NCBI GenBank assembly: GCA_048882485.1
Contig: JBHLRP010000001.1
Location: 160,001 to 224,000, forward strand
Origin: Candidatus Thorarchaeota archaeon
Lineage (GTDB): Archaea; Asgardarchaeota; Thorarchaeia; Thorarchaeales; Thorarchaeaceae
DNA length: 64,000 nt
Reading direction: 5' to 3'
Shown here: positions 10,459 through 19,787 of the stretch, piece by piece
Layout: each line of letters begins with the position of its first letter
How positions within the stretch are numbered: the first letter of the stretch is position 1
Made by a program: the position numbers and the translations under genes
The notes under the pieces: model-generated
Told to the model about the DNA's origin: nothing
The model's database searches: none
What the model saw: only the letters and a program-made list of their open reading frames with translations

Positions 10459-11925
10459 ATGATTGATCTCACCAAGAATGAAGAGCAACTGAAGCGAACC
10501 ATCGAACGCTGTAGGGAACGGAATATCGTTATACCAACCTTTGAGCAAATGAAAAACCCTTCCAAGACTCCTGAAAGAATCAAGAAGGAGCTGAAAGATA
10601 TTGAACTCTGGGATGTGGTTCCTCAAAACTTGTTCAGAATTACTTGGAAGAACGAGCCCACGGAGAAGGGAGGTCTCTTTCAATTAATCACAAATTACTT
10701 GGAGATCCCACCCAAACTGACTGGAGTTGAGGCTCGAATCATCGCTCCAATAGGCAAGTGGTTTCCAACAGGCGCTCACAAAGTTGGGGCGGCATTCGGC
10801 TGTCTTGTTCCCCCACTTGTGACAGGACAGTTCGATCCAACAAAACACAAAGCTGTATGGCCTTCCACGGGCAATTACTGCAGAGGCGGTGCCTACGATT
10901 CTTCTCTTCTTGCGTGTGAGAGCGTGGCAATACTACCTGAGGAGATGTCACAAGAGCGATTTGATTGGCTGGCTAGTGTTGCGGGTGAGGTCATCAAGAC
11001 ACCGGGCTCAGAGAGTAATGTGAAAGAAATCTACGACAAGGTCTGGGAGCTTCGGAGGACAAGGAATGATGTTTTCATCTTCAACCAGTTCTCTGAGTTT
11101 GGCAATTATCTCTGGCACTATGAGGTTACAGGTAACATGTTCAAAGAGGTTCTTGACAAGGAGCTTGGTAAAGGCCGCTATCATGGTCTCTGCCTTACAA
11201 CCGGCTCCGCTGGTACCATAGCTAGCGGTGACTTGATGAAACAGCAGTACCCAACCTCAAAGGTTGCCGCTGGCGAGGCAGTTCAATGTCCGACACTTTG
11301 GATTAACGGTTATGGGGCTCATAGAATCGAAGGGATTGGTGACAAGCACGTCCCATGGATTCACAATTTGCGCAATACTGACATGATAATCGCAATTGAT
11401 GACAACGATCCAATGAATCTAATACGTTTCTTCAATGAGCCTGCTGGACGCGAGTATCTCATCAAGGATATCGGAATATCTGAAACCCTTGTCAACCAGC
11501 TTGATCTCCTTGGTATCTCTAGTGTGGCAAATTTGCTAATGGCTATCAAGTATGCCAAGTTCTATGAATTGACAAGCAGAGATATTGTCCTTACAGTCTT
11601 CACTGATTCCATCGATATGTATCAATCAAGGCTTGAGGAGGCACGGGCTGAACATGGTGAATATACTCGTGAAGACGCGATTCGGGACTATCACCGCCAT
11701 CTCATGGCGCAAAAGACTGATGCCATGATTGAGCTGGGTCATTATGAGAGAAAGCGTGTCCATCATCTCAAGTATTTCACTTGGATTGAGCAACAGATGT
11801 TTGACTTGGACGAGCTGAATGCCCAATGGTTTGATTATCCCGAATACTGGGAGCGTGTCCAACAGACGACGCCAAGAATAGATGAACTCATAGTAGAATT
11901 CAATGAGGAAGTAGGACTGATTTAG
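10459..11925 (+). CDS. PLP-dependent enzyme, fold type II (cysteine synthase/tryptophan synthase beta superfamily)
   Basis: PTGAHKVG (Schiff-base Lys), PSTGNY, FNQF, TGSAGT glycine loop and HRIEGIG. Likely start ATG 10459 (ORF track 10411). Confidence 0.85.
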   Translation: MIDLTKNEEQLKRTIERCRERNIVIPTFEQMKNPSKTPERIKKELKDIELWDVVPQNLFRITWKNEPTEKGGLFQLITNYLEIPPKLTGVEARIIAPIGKWFPTGAHKVGAAFGCLVPPLVTGQFDPTKHKAVWPSTGNYCRGGAYDSSLLACESVAILPEEMSQERFDWLASVAGEVIKTPGSESNVKEIYDKVWELRRTRNDVFIFNQFSEFGNYLWHYEVTGNMFKEVLDKELGKGRYHGLCLTTGSAGTIASGDLMKQQYPTSKVAAGEAVQCPTLWINGYGAHRIEGIGDKHVPWIHNLRNTDMIIAIDDNDPMNLIRFFNEPAGREYLIKDIGISETLVNQLDLLGISSVANLLMAIKYAKFYELTSRDIVLTVFTDSIDMYQSRLEEARAEHGEYTREDAIRDYHRHLMAQKTDAMIELGHYERKRVHHLKYFTWIEQQMFDLDELNAQWFDYPEYWERVQQTTPRIDELIVEFNEEVGLI

Positions 11926-11936
11926 TCTGTGGCACC

Positions 11937-12455
11937 TCAAACGATATACAGAAAGGATGAGGTTTCATCGTTTGTCCTAACAGGAGTCCATCCTTTGAAT
12001 CGGAACCGATAGGAGACCACTCGAGTACCCGGTTTGAGTTCTCTTGAGAATTTTTCTTTCAGTTTCTTGTTTACCTCAACTCCCTGGTAAACAGTGACCA
12101 CAGTGGCATCTTCAATATTCGATTTGAAGAAATTCTCTCTGAGGATTTTGGACGTAGGTGCAAGACCTTGCCGTCTAATTGAGATTCGTGACCATAGCAC
12201 TCTCAGCGGATCCATCTCAATTCCCACTGATTTCGCACCAAACTCCTTTGCAGCCATAGTGACGATGCGTCCATCTCCGGAGCCAATGTCATAGACTATG
12301 TCCTGCGGACCAACTTCTGCTAGCTCAAGCATTATCCGTGCCTTCTTCCTTGGTGTTGGAACCCATGGGGCGCCAATAGCTGACGACCACGCGATCCAAA
12401 CCATAAAGCTCGCAAAGATGAACTCCAGAATGATAATTAGCACCCAGATCTCCAT
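11937..12455 (-). CDS. Membrane-anchored class I SAM-dependent methyltransferase (FAM173/aKMT-like)
   Basis: N-terminal TM helix, GAPWVPTP, motif I VYDIGSGDGRIV, VGIEMDP and ELKPGTRVVSYRF. Likely start ATG 12455 (ORF track 12518). Confidence 0.85.
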   Translation of the reverse strand: MEIWVLIIILEFIFASFMVWIAWSSAIGAPWVPTPRKKARIMLELAEVGPQDIVYDIGSGDGRIVTMAAKEFGAKSVGIEMDPLRVLWSRISIRRQGLAPTSKILRENFFKSNIEDATVVTVYQGVEVNKKLKEKFSRELKPGTRVVSYRFRFKGWTPVRTNDETSSFLYIV

Positions 12456-12676
12456 CAGTGACTCATGAAGGCTTGAAGTGAGTTTGGATAAAAATGAACC
12501 GGGCATTAGAACTGTCACCTTCTGCCAACTGGTAAAACCAACCGCGAATGGTCCACTGCTTTAAACAGCATTTGCTGAAATACCTAAGAAGCGAAGTATG
12601 TAGGCCGAAAGATACGCCGTCTCTAGCCAGGGTGCCACTAATTGAGGAGCTCCAACGGTAAGCCTGTTAGAGTATA

Positions 12677-15600
12677 GTGTATGTTGGTCGATTCGGAGGC
12701 GAAAGGGTGCCTCAATGCAGTAGAGTAGCTATTCCCGTAGTGGCATTTACGCTAGTCTGTATGCTATTCTTGAGTCCGCCCTGTCATTTGTCATTTTCAC
12801 GTGACAATTATGCATCGAATCTCAGTTCCAATTATGAACTGGAAAAAGCAAATCTTCCATCTGACATGGCTTTACAATCAGGAGTTCTAAATCCCGTTTC
12901 CATTCATCATACAGGAACCACTCATGGCTACACGCAGGCACAGTCGCTCAGAACAGATGTTGCTGCAAATCCTCAATCAGAAATCCTACTCCCTGCCGGA
13001 GCTCCCGAGAATTATTATTCAGCAGATTGCTATGACGGAGGTTTCTTTTTGGTTGGTTCAGGGGGATATGCAGATTTTGGCTCCACCGCTGGGACGCTAT
13101 CATGGTGGGGCAAATGGGACAGGGATGCTCCGCATGGGCGATTCTGGGGTCAAAACAACAACTTTGAAACACGCTGGTCTGGTGGAAGCCTAGTGCTTGA
13201 TTGGGGGAGTGATAATACATTCTTTGGTGTCAAATCAGACTGGCTGGAAAGTCACTGGTATTTCTTTGCAATAGTATGGGATGAATCGACAAATTTCATT
13301 GGATTCTACTGGGGTGACGAGTCAACAATTCCGCAGGAGGATGCATCGACCTATGCTTGGACGGGATCAGTGGCTGGTCTGCATACCCGAAACGCCATAA
13401 TGAACTCAGAGATGAAGACTGATAGTATAGATGGGCATATTGATGACTTCAGATATTTCACAACTGCTCGATCTATTGATGACATTAGAGGCGACTACAT
13501 ACAAAGGCTGTCGGGAGAAGAGCCCGGCCTTTCGAATTATTACACATTTGAGAATGACTTGTCTGACTCTGCAGGAACAATCGATCTAGACACCTCTGGC
13601 AGCTATTTGTTTAGCCATGACACCTTTTCTGTACCGGATGGATGGAGAGCTGAACAACTGTCGGTTAATGTATTGAATCTAAGAAGACTGTATGTTTTGA
13701 ATGGGAGCTTTGATTCTGGACTGCCTGGAGTGAATGAGGATTGGCCTTTGGGAACAGATGGAACATACTATGCAGCGGGATGGTTAGCTCGACGCGAGGC
13801 TGTTTCTTTTCCAGGAAGACAGCGGGCTACGTATGATGCTTCAGGGCACATAGCACTTGAAAACGAGGGCTACTATGTCACAGCTTCTACAGCCTACAGG
13901 CATTATGATGGAACCAGAATTTACTGGTATCAGAATGTGAACAATAGCATGCTGAATGAGCAATTTGAGTTCGAGTTCAATTATCTTTACCAGAGTGGTC
14001 CAATTGGAACTCATTTCGAAGGCATTTTTGAGCTTCGCTTTGAGATTAGGGATGGACCACTTGTTCTGTGGAATTGGTCACAAGATCTCGTAAACATATC
14101 CCAGAGGCAGACTTGGTATAGTACAGGGATGATTCCGGTGAACCTGACTGGTGCGCCGTCTTCGTTTGAAGCGCGCTTGGTCATGGAAGTCACAACTGCG
14201 GGTTCATATGTGGAGATTCCGGAAACTGACAGCGACTTGGATGGTGATTCCACAAATGGTATGTTCGTAACAGTGTTAGCTGATGATATCTCTTTTATTG
14301 GAGCGACTCGGCCTTCCTGCGAAAGTGTGGACTTGTCTGTAAGTACTCCTCAAACTGGAGGAGTGAGTATAACCGGAGCTTTGGGAACAGGCTCTGCATT
14401 GCTTAATTACCAGTCATGGAATGAATCTGCTATTCCTATTGCTTTCTCTTCCAATTCCTCTGTGTCTTTTGATATATCCGCCAAAGTCAGTAAAATGAAG
14501 AGATATCTGCTCTCATTTGCATCCCCTAGCTTAGGTTCTGAGGGTGTATCATACTCGGTTGAGCATGATGCAAGTCCTAATATCACCATGTTCACTTTTG
14601 TGGGATCATATCCTGAAGCTGAGGATCTTGGCCTTTTTGTCTATCATCCTGATTCATGGGAGAATATTACGATTACAGATCCATTTGGCGATGATGATTC
14701 TGATACATTAACTGTAGGGGCTGGATACTTCGAAGTGCCAGCAGGAGCTATTGATTCTGTTGGCTGGTGGAAAATACAGATGCAAGCGCCAAACTACGCG
14801 AAAGAGATCAGAACTCAGAAATTCAATTCTCTGGGATCTGGATGGGTGGATGAAACAGTCTTTCGAACTGGTGACAGAATCCGATGCCAGGTAGTAATTG
14901 GCACGGTTTCAGATTATCCTCCTTCTGTCATGAATCTTCAATCTGAGATATTACTTCCATCCAACGAGTTTTGGGCAAGCGCATTCATGAATAATGCAAC
15001 TGGATACATCCTTACTAGCGAAAGCTTCACGTTCGGTTCATATAACGCCTCAATCGGCGAATGGATGGCAACTGCCTTCTGGGAGAATGGTAGTGCAATT
15101 GCATTTGGGCACGTTCATTTCGAGGTCTATCATGGATTGACCATGTTTGCTCATACTCCAAATATTGAACGCAATCTAGGTGAGAGCTTTACTGCTGCAG
15201 TTTACATTCATGACCAGCAGACAGGAGAGCCGATATTGAATGGAGACTCTGTAGTTGTTGGCAATTGGTCTACAGGTCCAGCATTCTTTAGTCCCAACCT
15301 TGCAAAAGGATGGTGGGAGGCGGATTTCAACACTTCAGAAATTGGAGTCGGACTTTGGGTTATAGCAATTAATGCGACAATTCCCTACTATGAGGCCGTA
15401 AACTGCACAATCGATATTCAAGTCATGACGCTGACTGTCATGACGACTCTTGGTACCTACTACGCTGAGATAAGTCCAGGCAGCACATATGAGGCCAAAT
15501 TTAGATACATGTTTCTCGATGGCACAGGAATTGAGAATGCAGATGTGTTTGTTGCTACCTGGAGTGGACCAGCATCAGGAATAGAATACAATGATACAGT

Positions 15601-17437
15601 TGAGATGCCAGGCGAACCCGGCAATTACACGATTACATTCACTGGAAACCTCGGTGGAACATATTTCATAACTGTAACTGGACTAAAAGAAGACCATGCA
15701 ACGGCAGCCACATCATTCTATATAATTGTCGGAGCTATATCCACTAATCTTGATGTTTCAGGTGACGAACTGCCTAGTGATCTGTACTATAACCAGACCT
15801 ACACTTGCACGCTCTTCTATTCAGACCTGGAGTCAACAGGAATTGATGGCGCCTCTGTGAATATCACATTCAATCCAGTTGCTACGATAGAATGGGTAGA
15901 CATCGGTGGTGGCTATTACCAATTCTCAATCAGAGTGCCATCACTCGGCTCCTTTGCAATCTATGCGAGATTCCAGCAATTTGGCTACGCTTTTACCGAC
16001 ACGTCATTCATCTTTAATGTCATCGAAGTCCCAACCTCCATCTCGAGTTACGGGCTTGTACCATCCTACTATGATACTAGAACCTATCAATTTGCCCTAC
16101 ATTATAATTCAACTCTAGAGAGCGGGGTTTTGGGTGCTACACTCACACCATCTGTTTCAATTCGTCCTTTCTACAGGTTTACAAGAGCTGGCAATGGCTG
16201 GTACAATTTCACTTTGACTCCCTCATATGGCAATTATACTGCGACCTTCTGGCTAACAAAGCCTGGTTACCAAGAGCAGGAATTTAGCTTCGACTTATCA
16301 ACTGTCAAAATTCCAATTATGCTCTCTTCTCTTTACCCAATAGAATCAACTTACTCCAGAAAAGCCGGTTCAGACCTTACGATTAGGATTGCGCCAATTG
16401 CAGCTGACACAGGTGAAGCCCTCATAGGTGCAACGGTGAGCTATGTAATCGAGAATGTAGATGTAGGTAGGCCTGAGCCGAATCCTTCAGGCTCATTTGT
16501 GGAAGCATTCGGTGTTTACACTGCAAACATTACAATGCCCTTTCCAGGATTGTATGTGCTTCGCATTACGATTCTCAAGGACAGTTACGAAACTGTTCAA
16601 AATGAAATCGTACTTAGCTCTTATGCGAATCCTGAAACAGTCCTGGTTCAAAACCTTCAAGCTGGTTTGCTAGGCGCACTGGCACTGCTTTGTGTGATTT
16701 CTGTGACGATGCTGAGTCGGAGATACTTTCATGCAATAACCACTCAGAAGAATCTGGAGCTCCTAGCATTCAAAGGACGGCTTGAGGATGCTCGCAACTT
16801 GATAGGGCTTCTAATAATCCATCGAAAGGTGGGCTTACCCGTCTATTCTCGGATATTCAAGGGTGCCTTTGAGGAATCAATGCTCAGTTCATTTATAGCC
16901 GCGATTTCGCAATTCAGAGCCGAGTTCTCTTGGGATGAACCAATCTGGACTGCTATACCCATCACGGAAGTCATCACTGCCGTTCAGACTGAGGTGCTAA
17001 TTTGTGCCATCATAACACTTGAGGGGTCCTCGGTGAAACAGAAAGAGCAATTGGAGGCGTTTGGGCGCGAGGTAGGAGGTTTCTATGATCACGAGGACGA
17101 CACTTTGAGGGCGATGTTCCATACCCCGGAGCTTTCTGAATCCTTTGCTAGGATATTTGACCCCATCTTCGAGGGCTACTTCGATGGAGTTCTCATGCTT
17201 CGCTATGTAGGGGTGAAGAAGAATCTTCCCGGTCATCTAAAGCCAGTATCAGAAGCGATGGCCTCCCTAAGCATTGATTATGGAGTGACACCTGAAGCAA
17301 TAATCAAAGCTCTAGTTATGCTGGGGTATGGTGAACATGAAGCCCATAGTCTGACACTAGAAGCAATTGATCGTGGTTACTTGATTGCAGGCGAAAGGAA
17401 GCTGCCTCCGCCAGCTCTCGGTGAACTCCTTGAATGA
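12677..17437 (+). CDS. Large single-pass surface protein: LamG-like jellyroll, Ig-like repeats, TM helix, cytoplasmic longin/roadblock-like domain
   Basis: Signal peptide; GTLSWW...WYFFAIVWD...GHIDDFRYF LamG-like motifs; GxGxY-type beta repeats; TM near 16660-16717; tail GLLIIHRKVGLPVYSR...SMLSSFIAAISQF. Possible start GTG 12707 after GGAGG. Confidence 0.75.
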   Translation: MYVGRFGGERVPQCSRVAIPVVAFTLVCMLFLSPPCHLSFSRDNYASNLSSNYELEKANLPSDMALQSGVLNPVSIHHTGTTHGYTQAQSLRTDVAANPQSEILLPAGAPENYYSADCYDGGFFLVGSGGYADFGSTAGTLSWWGKWDRDAPHGRFWGQNNNFETRWSGGSLVLDWGSDNTFFGVKSDWLESHWYFFAIVWDESTNFIGFYWGDESTIPQEDASTYAWTGSVAGLHTRNAIMNSEMKTDSIDGHIDDFRYFTTARSIDDIRGDYIQRLSGEEPGLSNYYTFENDLSDSAGTIDLDTSGSYLFSHDTFSVPDGWRAEQLSVNVLNLRRLYVLNGSFDSGLPGVNEDWPLGTDGTYYAAGWLARREAVSFPGRQRATYDASGHIALENEGYYVTASTAYRHYDGTRIYWYQNVNNSMLNEQFEFEFNYLYQSGPIGTHFEGIFELRFEIRDGPLVLWNWSQDLVNISQRQTWYSTGMIPVNLTGAPSSFEARLVMEVTTAGSYVEIPETDSDLDGDSTNGMFVTVLADDISFIGATRPSCESVDLSVSTPQTGGVSITGALGTGSALLNYQSWNESAIPIAFSSNSSVSFDISAKVSKMKRYLLSFASPSLGSEGVSYSVEHDASPNITMFTFVGSYPEAEDLGLFVYHPDSWENITITDPFGDDDSDTLTVGAGYFEVPAGAIDSVGWWKIQMQAPNYAKEIRTQKFNSLGSGWVDETVFRTGDRIRCQVVIGTVSDYPPSVMNLQSEILLPSNEFWASAFMNNATGYILTSESFTFGSYNASIGEWMATAFWENGSAIAFGHVHFEVYHGLTMFAHTPNIERNLGESFTAAVYIHDQQTGEPILNGDSVVVGNWSTGPAFFSPNLAKGWWEADFNTSEIGVGLWVIAINATIPYYEAVNCTIDIQVMTLTVMTTLGTYYAEISPGSTYEAKFRYMFLDGTGIENADVFVATWSGPASGIEYNDTVEMPGEPGNYTITFTGNLGGTYFITVTGLKEDHATAATSFYIIVGAISTNLDVSGDELPSDLYYNQTYTCTLFYSDLESTGIDGASVNITFNPVATIEWVDIGGGYYQFSIRVPSLGSFAIYARFQQFGYAFTDTSFIFNVIEVPTSISSYGLVPSYYDTRTYQFALHYNSTLESGVLGATLTPSVSIRPFYRFTRAGNGWYNFTLTPSYGNYTATFWLTKPGYQEQEFSFDLSTVKIPIMLSSLYPIESTYSRKAGSDLTIRIAPIAADTGEALIGATVSYVIENVDVGRPEPNPSGSFVEAFGVYTANITMPFPGLYVLRITILKDSYETVQNEIVLSSYANPETVLVQNLQAGLLGALALLCVISVTMLSRRYFHAITTQKNLELLAFKGRLEDARNLIGLLIIHRKVGLPVYSRIFKGAFEESMLSSFIAAISQFRAEFSWDEPIWTAIPITEVITAVQTEVLICAIITLEGSSVKQKEQLEAFGREVGGFYDHEDDTLRAMFHTPELSESFARIFDPIFEGYFDGVLMLRYVGVKKNLPGHLKPVSEAMASLSIDYGVTPEAIIKALVMLGYGEHEAHSLTLEAIDRGYLIAGERKLPPPALGELLE

Positions 17438-17655
17438 TCAGCCATCTAGAAAATCACCAAGGATTTCCTATACAGTACCAGTCAAGTAATGAGCGGTTTC
17501 AGCAAATTTCTGACCATTCAATCATTGCATGCCAGTCATGGCCATACTAATAGCCCCAAAGAGAGCTAGTGGTGGCATTTATCGGGACATAAATCTCTTT
17601 GAGGGAATCGCATTTATCAGACAACTCATCAACGCTGTCAAAGGTCCGGATATGA

Positions 17656-18789
17656 ATGAGTGAGTTCATAATTCGTTATTTCAGTCCGCACGGACGCCAG
17701 GAGGAAAGGAAATTCAGGAGTGATGCTTCACGAATAGAGCTTTCAATGAGGGCCGCAAGTGAAATCGACCTCACCCCTTTGCAGGATTGTGACCAGCTAG
17801 AAAGATTGGACCTATCTCACAATTTCCTTGAGGCAATAGATTTGGCTCCCTTGATGGACAAGAAATCTCTTCAAGTTCTTCGTCTGCAGGACAATAGACT
17901 CTCAGCGTTGGATCTTTGGCCCCTGCACTCTTGTCCGAATCTTACTGAGATTGAACTTACTGAGAATAGGCTAAGAACCCTAGACGTAACTCCTGTGTTC
18001 ACATGCAGACTTCTGCGCGCAGATTCCAGTGTGGTGTTGACCGCAGACAGCATTCTAAAGCATATACTCACACCGGAGATGATCATGGCGCAGTTTCACT
18101 CGGTCCGCACAGATAGGACAGCTTGGACTGCTGCACCCGTAGTCATTTGGAATGATTATGACAAGTTAGTGAAAACCATAGGTTGGCCTCTAGTATTTCA
18201 ACGCATGAAATCAGTCCTATCAAAGATATCAGAGGTTAATTGGTTTGACGCACAGAAGGGTCTACTAGAATCCCTTGGCATGCCAGAACTCTCAGGCTTG
18301 GATGTGAACCCTATGAAGATTCTTGTTGATGTGTCTGAGGAAGAAGATTATGAGTCTTCGAAAGAACGCATCTATGACCGAGTGGTTGAACTTCTAGCTG
18401 ATCAAATAGAAAGAGGCGGCCCTACTCTATTCCTTAATGTACTGAGGATGAAGGACACTCGAGCATCACGCTTAATCCCTTCCATTGCAAAACAGAGAGT
18501 GGCCGAACTTGAGGAGTTGGAAGTGCAGACACTTCGCGGTATTGCTTTCCTTCATTCAATCTGGATGACATCCTATGGATTTGATGTTCTCAGTGCCCTT
18601 GATTGCGGTCTGACTGCAAACTCAGTTGATATGAACCAAATCAAGATGGCTTTCGCCGAAGCTGGCTTTGAGCTAAACATCAGGCGAGTGAATTCGATTG
18701 CTCATAGAAATTGGGGTGATACGTCTCGCAGCTTTAGGCGATTTATTTTCAGATTGGCACGTTCTCATACTGGAAGAAAGGGGATGTAA
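17656..18789 (+). CDS. Leucine-rich repeat protein
   Basis: Repeats LERLDLSHNFL, LQVLRLQDNRL and LTEIELTENRL; C-terminal GGPTLFL...WMTSYGF block shared with the gene at 49642-50817. Confidence 0.85.
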   Translation: MSEFIIRYFSPHGRQEERKFRSDASRIELSMRAASEIDLTPLQDCDQLERLDLSHNFLEAIDLAPLMDKKSLQVLRLQDNRLSALDLWPLHSCPNLTEIELTENRLRTLDVTPVFTCRLLRADSSVVLTADSILKHILTPEMIMAQFHSVRTDRTAWTAAPVVIWNDYDKLVKTIGWPLVFQRMKSVLSKISEVNWFDAQKGLLESLGMPELSGLDVNPMKILVDVSEEEDYESSKERIYDRVVELLADQIERGGPTLFLNVLRMKDTRASRLIPSIAKQRVAELEELEVQTLRGIAFLHSIWMTSYGFDVLSALDCGLTANSVDMNQIKMAFAEAGFELNIRRVNSIAHRNWGDTSRSFRRFIFRLARSHTGRKGM

Positions 18790-19190
18790 AGTGTTCACGT
18801 CGCTTCCAACGCAAGCACATATGCAAGAAACAGATTGAGGTTGCTCTTGACTCGAGCTCTCGCGAGAAGGCCTCCAAATGCAGAGAGCTCATTTTCAAAA
18901 GCGGCCTGCATGTGATTACCTCACGAAGTAGACACGGGCTAGAGCCTTAGTTGATAGGAGCTTTGCTTTAGTCATTCTCTTCTTCTTTGTTTCATTCCTA
19001 TTGTATTTTGTAAACGCCATTGTTGTTCAGAATATAGTATGGCTGGTCACGCGATATACTATTTCTGAGAACTACTGCCCAAATCTATGGTCACGGTGTG
19101 ACCATATGCCCTTCCTTTATCTTTGACTTACCCTTTCCGGCAGACTAAATTGAGAGCGGAATTAATGACAAATCCCTTGGGTGCTGCAAA

Positions 19191-19781
19191 ATGGCAAGAA
19201 GAGAAACCTTCAAGGATCCACTTGTTAGGGTACGAATCTCTCGAGTCAGATTCCCCAAGATGTGTCCTGTCTGTGGCTCTGAAACGAATGGAGTCACCAA
19301 AGTAGTCACCACTCATAATAACACAAAGTTCCTTTCTCGTGGTGCAATGGCTCACTATGATCGAAAACTAGTTGGGACTCCTGTTCCTGATATCAAGACC
19401 TTTCATGTATACGTTTGTGAGGACCACGATCTTGAGGATGGGGGCATCATGAGGCTGAGAGCAGCTTCCACTTTCTATGCAGCATTAGCTGTCTGCATGC
19501 TCGTCTTTGCAGTAATGTTGATAGGAAATGATCTTAGCCATGGTCGACCACTCACTGTTTGGACGGCTCTCTTCTTCACATTTGTAGGAGCTACAATGAC
19601 ACTGGTATTTGTGGCATTTCGGCCATACGGAATAGAAACCGCCTTCAAGATTGTCGGATTTGATTATGACTTGCGACATGTGTGGCTTCAGCTGGAGAAT
19701 CCCACATATCGAAATGCTATGCTTCAAGAGAATGCTATGGATTCCGAGCTCGCTTCTTGGATTGTTCGCGGCGGAACTTAG
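19191..19781 (+). CDS. Hypothetical membrane protein with putative Zn-binding motif
   Basis: FPKMCPVCG...CEDH followed by two TM helices. Confidence 0.7.
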   Translation: MARRETFKDPLVRVRISRVRFPKMCPVCGSETNGVTKVVTTHNNTKFLSRGAMAHYDRKLVGTPVPDIKTFHVYVCEDHDLEDGGIMRLRAASTFYAALAVCMLVFAVMLIGNDLSHGRPLTVWTALFFTFVGATMTLVFVAFRPYGIETAFKIVGFDYDLRHVWLQLENPTYRNAMLQENAMDSELASWIVRGGT

Positions 19782-19787
19782 AAACGA

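Noticed and set aside
18916-19020. 34-aa basic minus-strand ORF (MAFTKYNRNETKKKRMTKAK...) faintly like ribosomal protein eL39
   Set aside because: Too short, lacks the RRxWRR motif, and is explained by an antisense T-rich tract.
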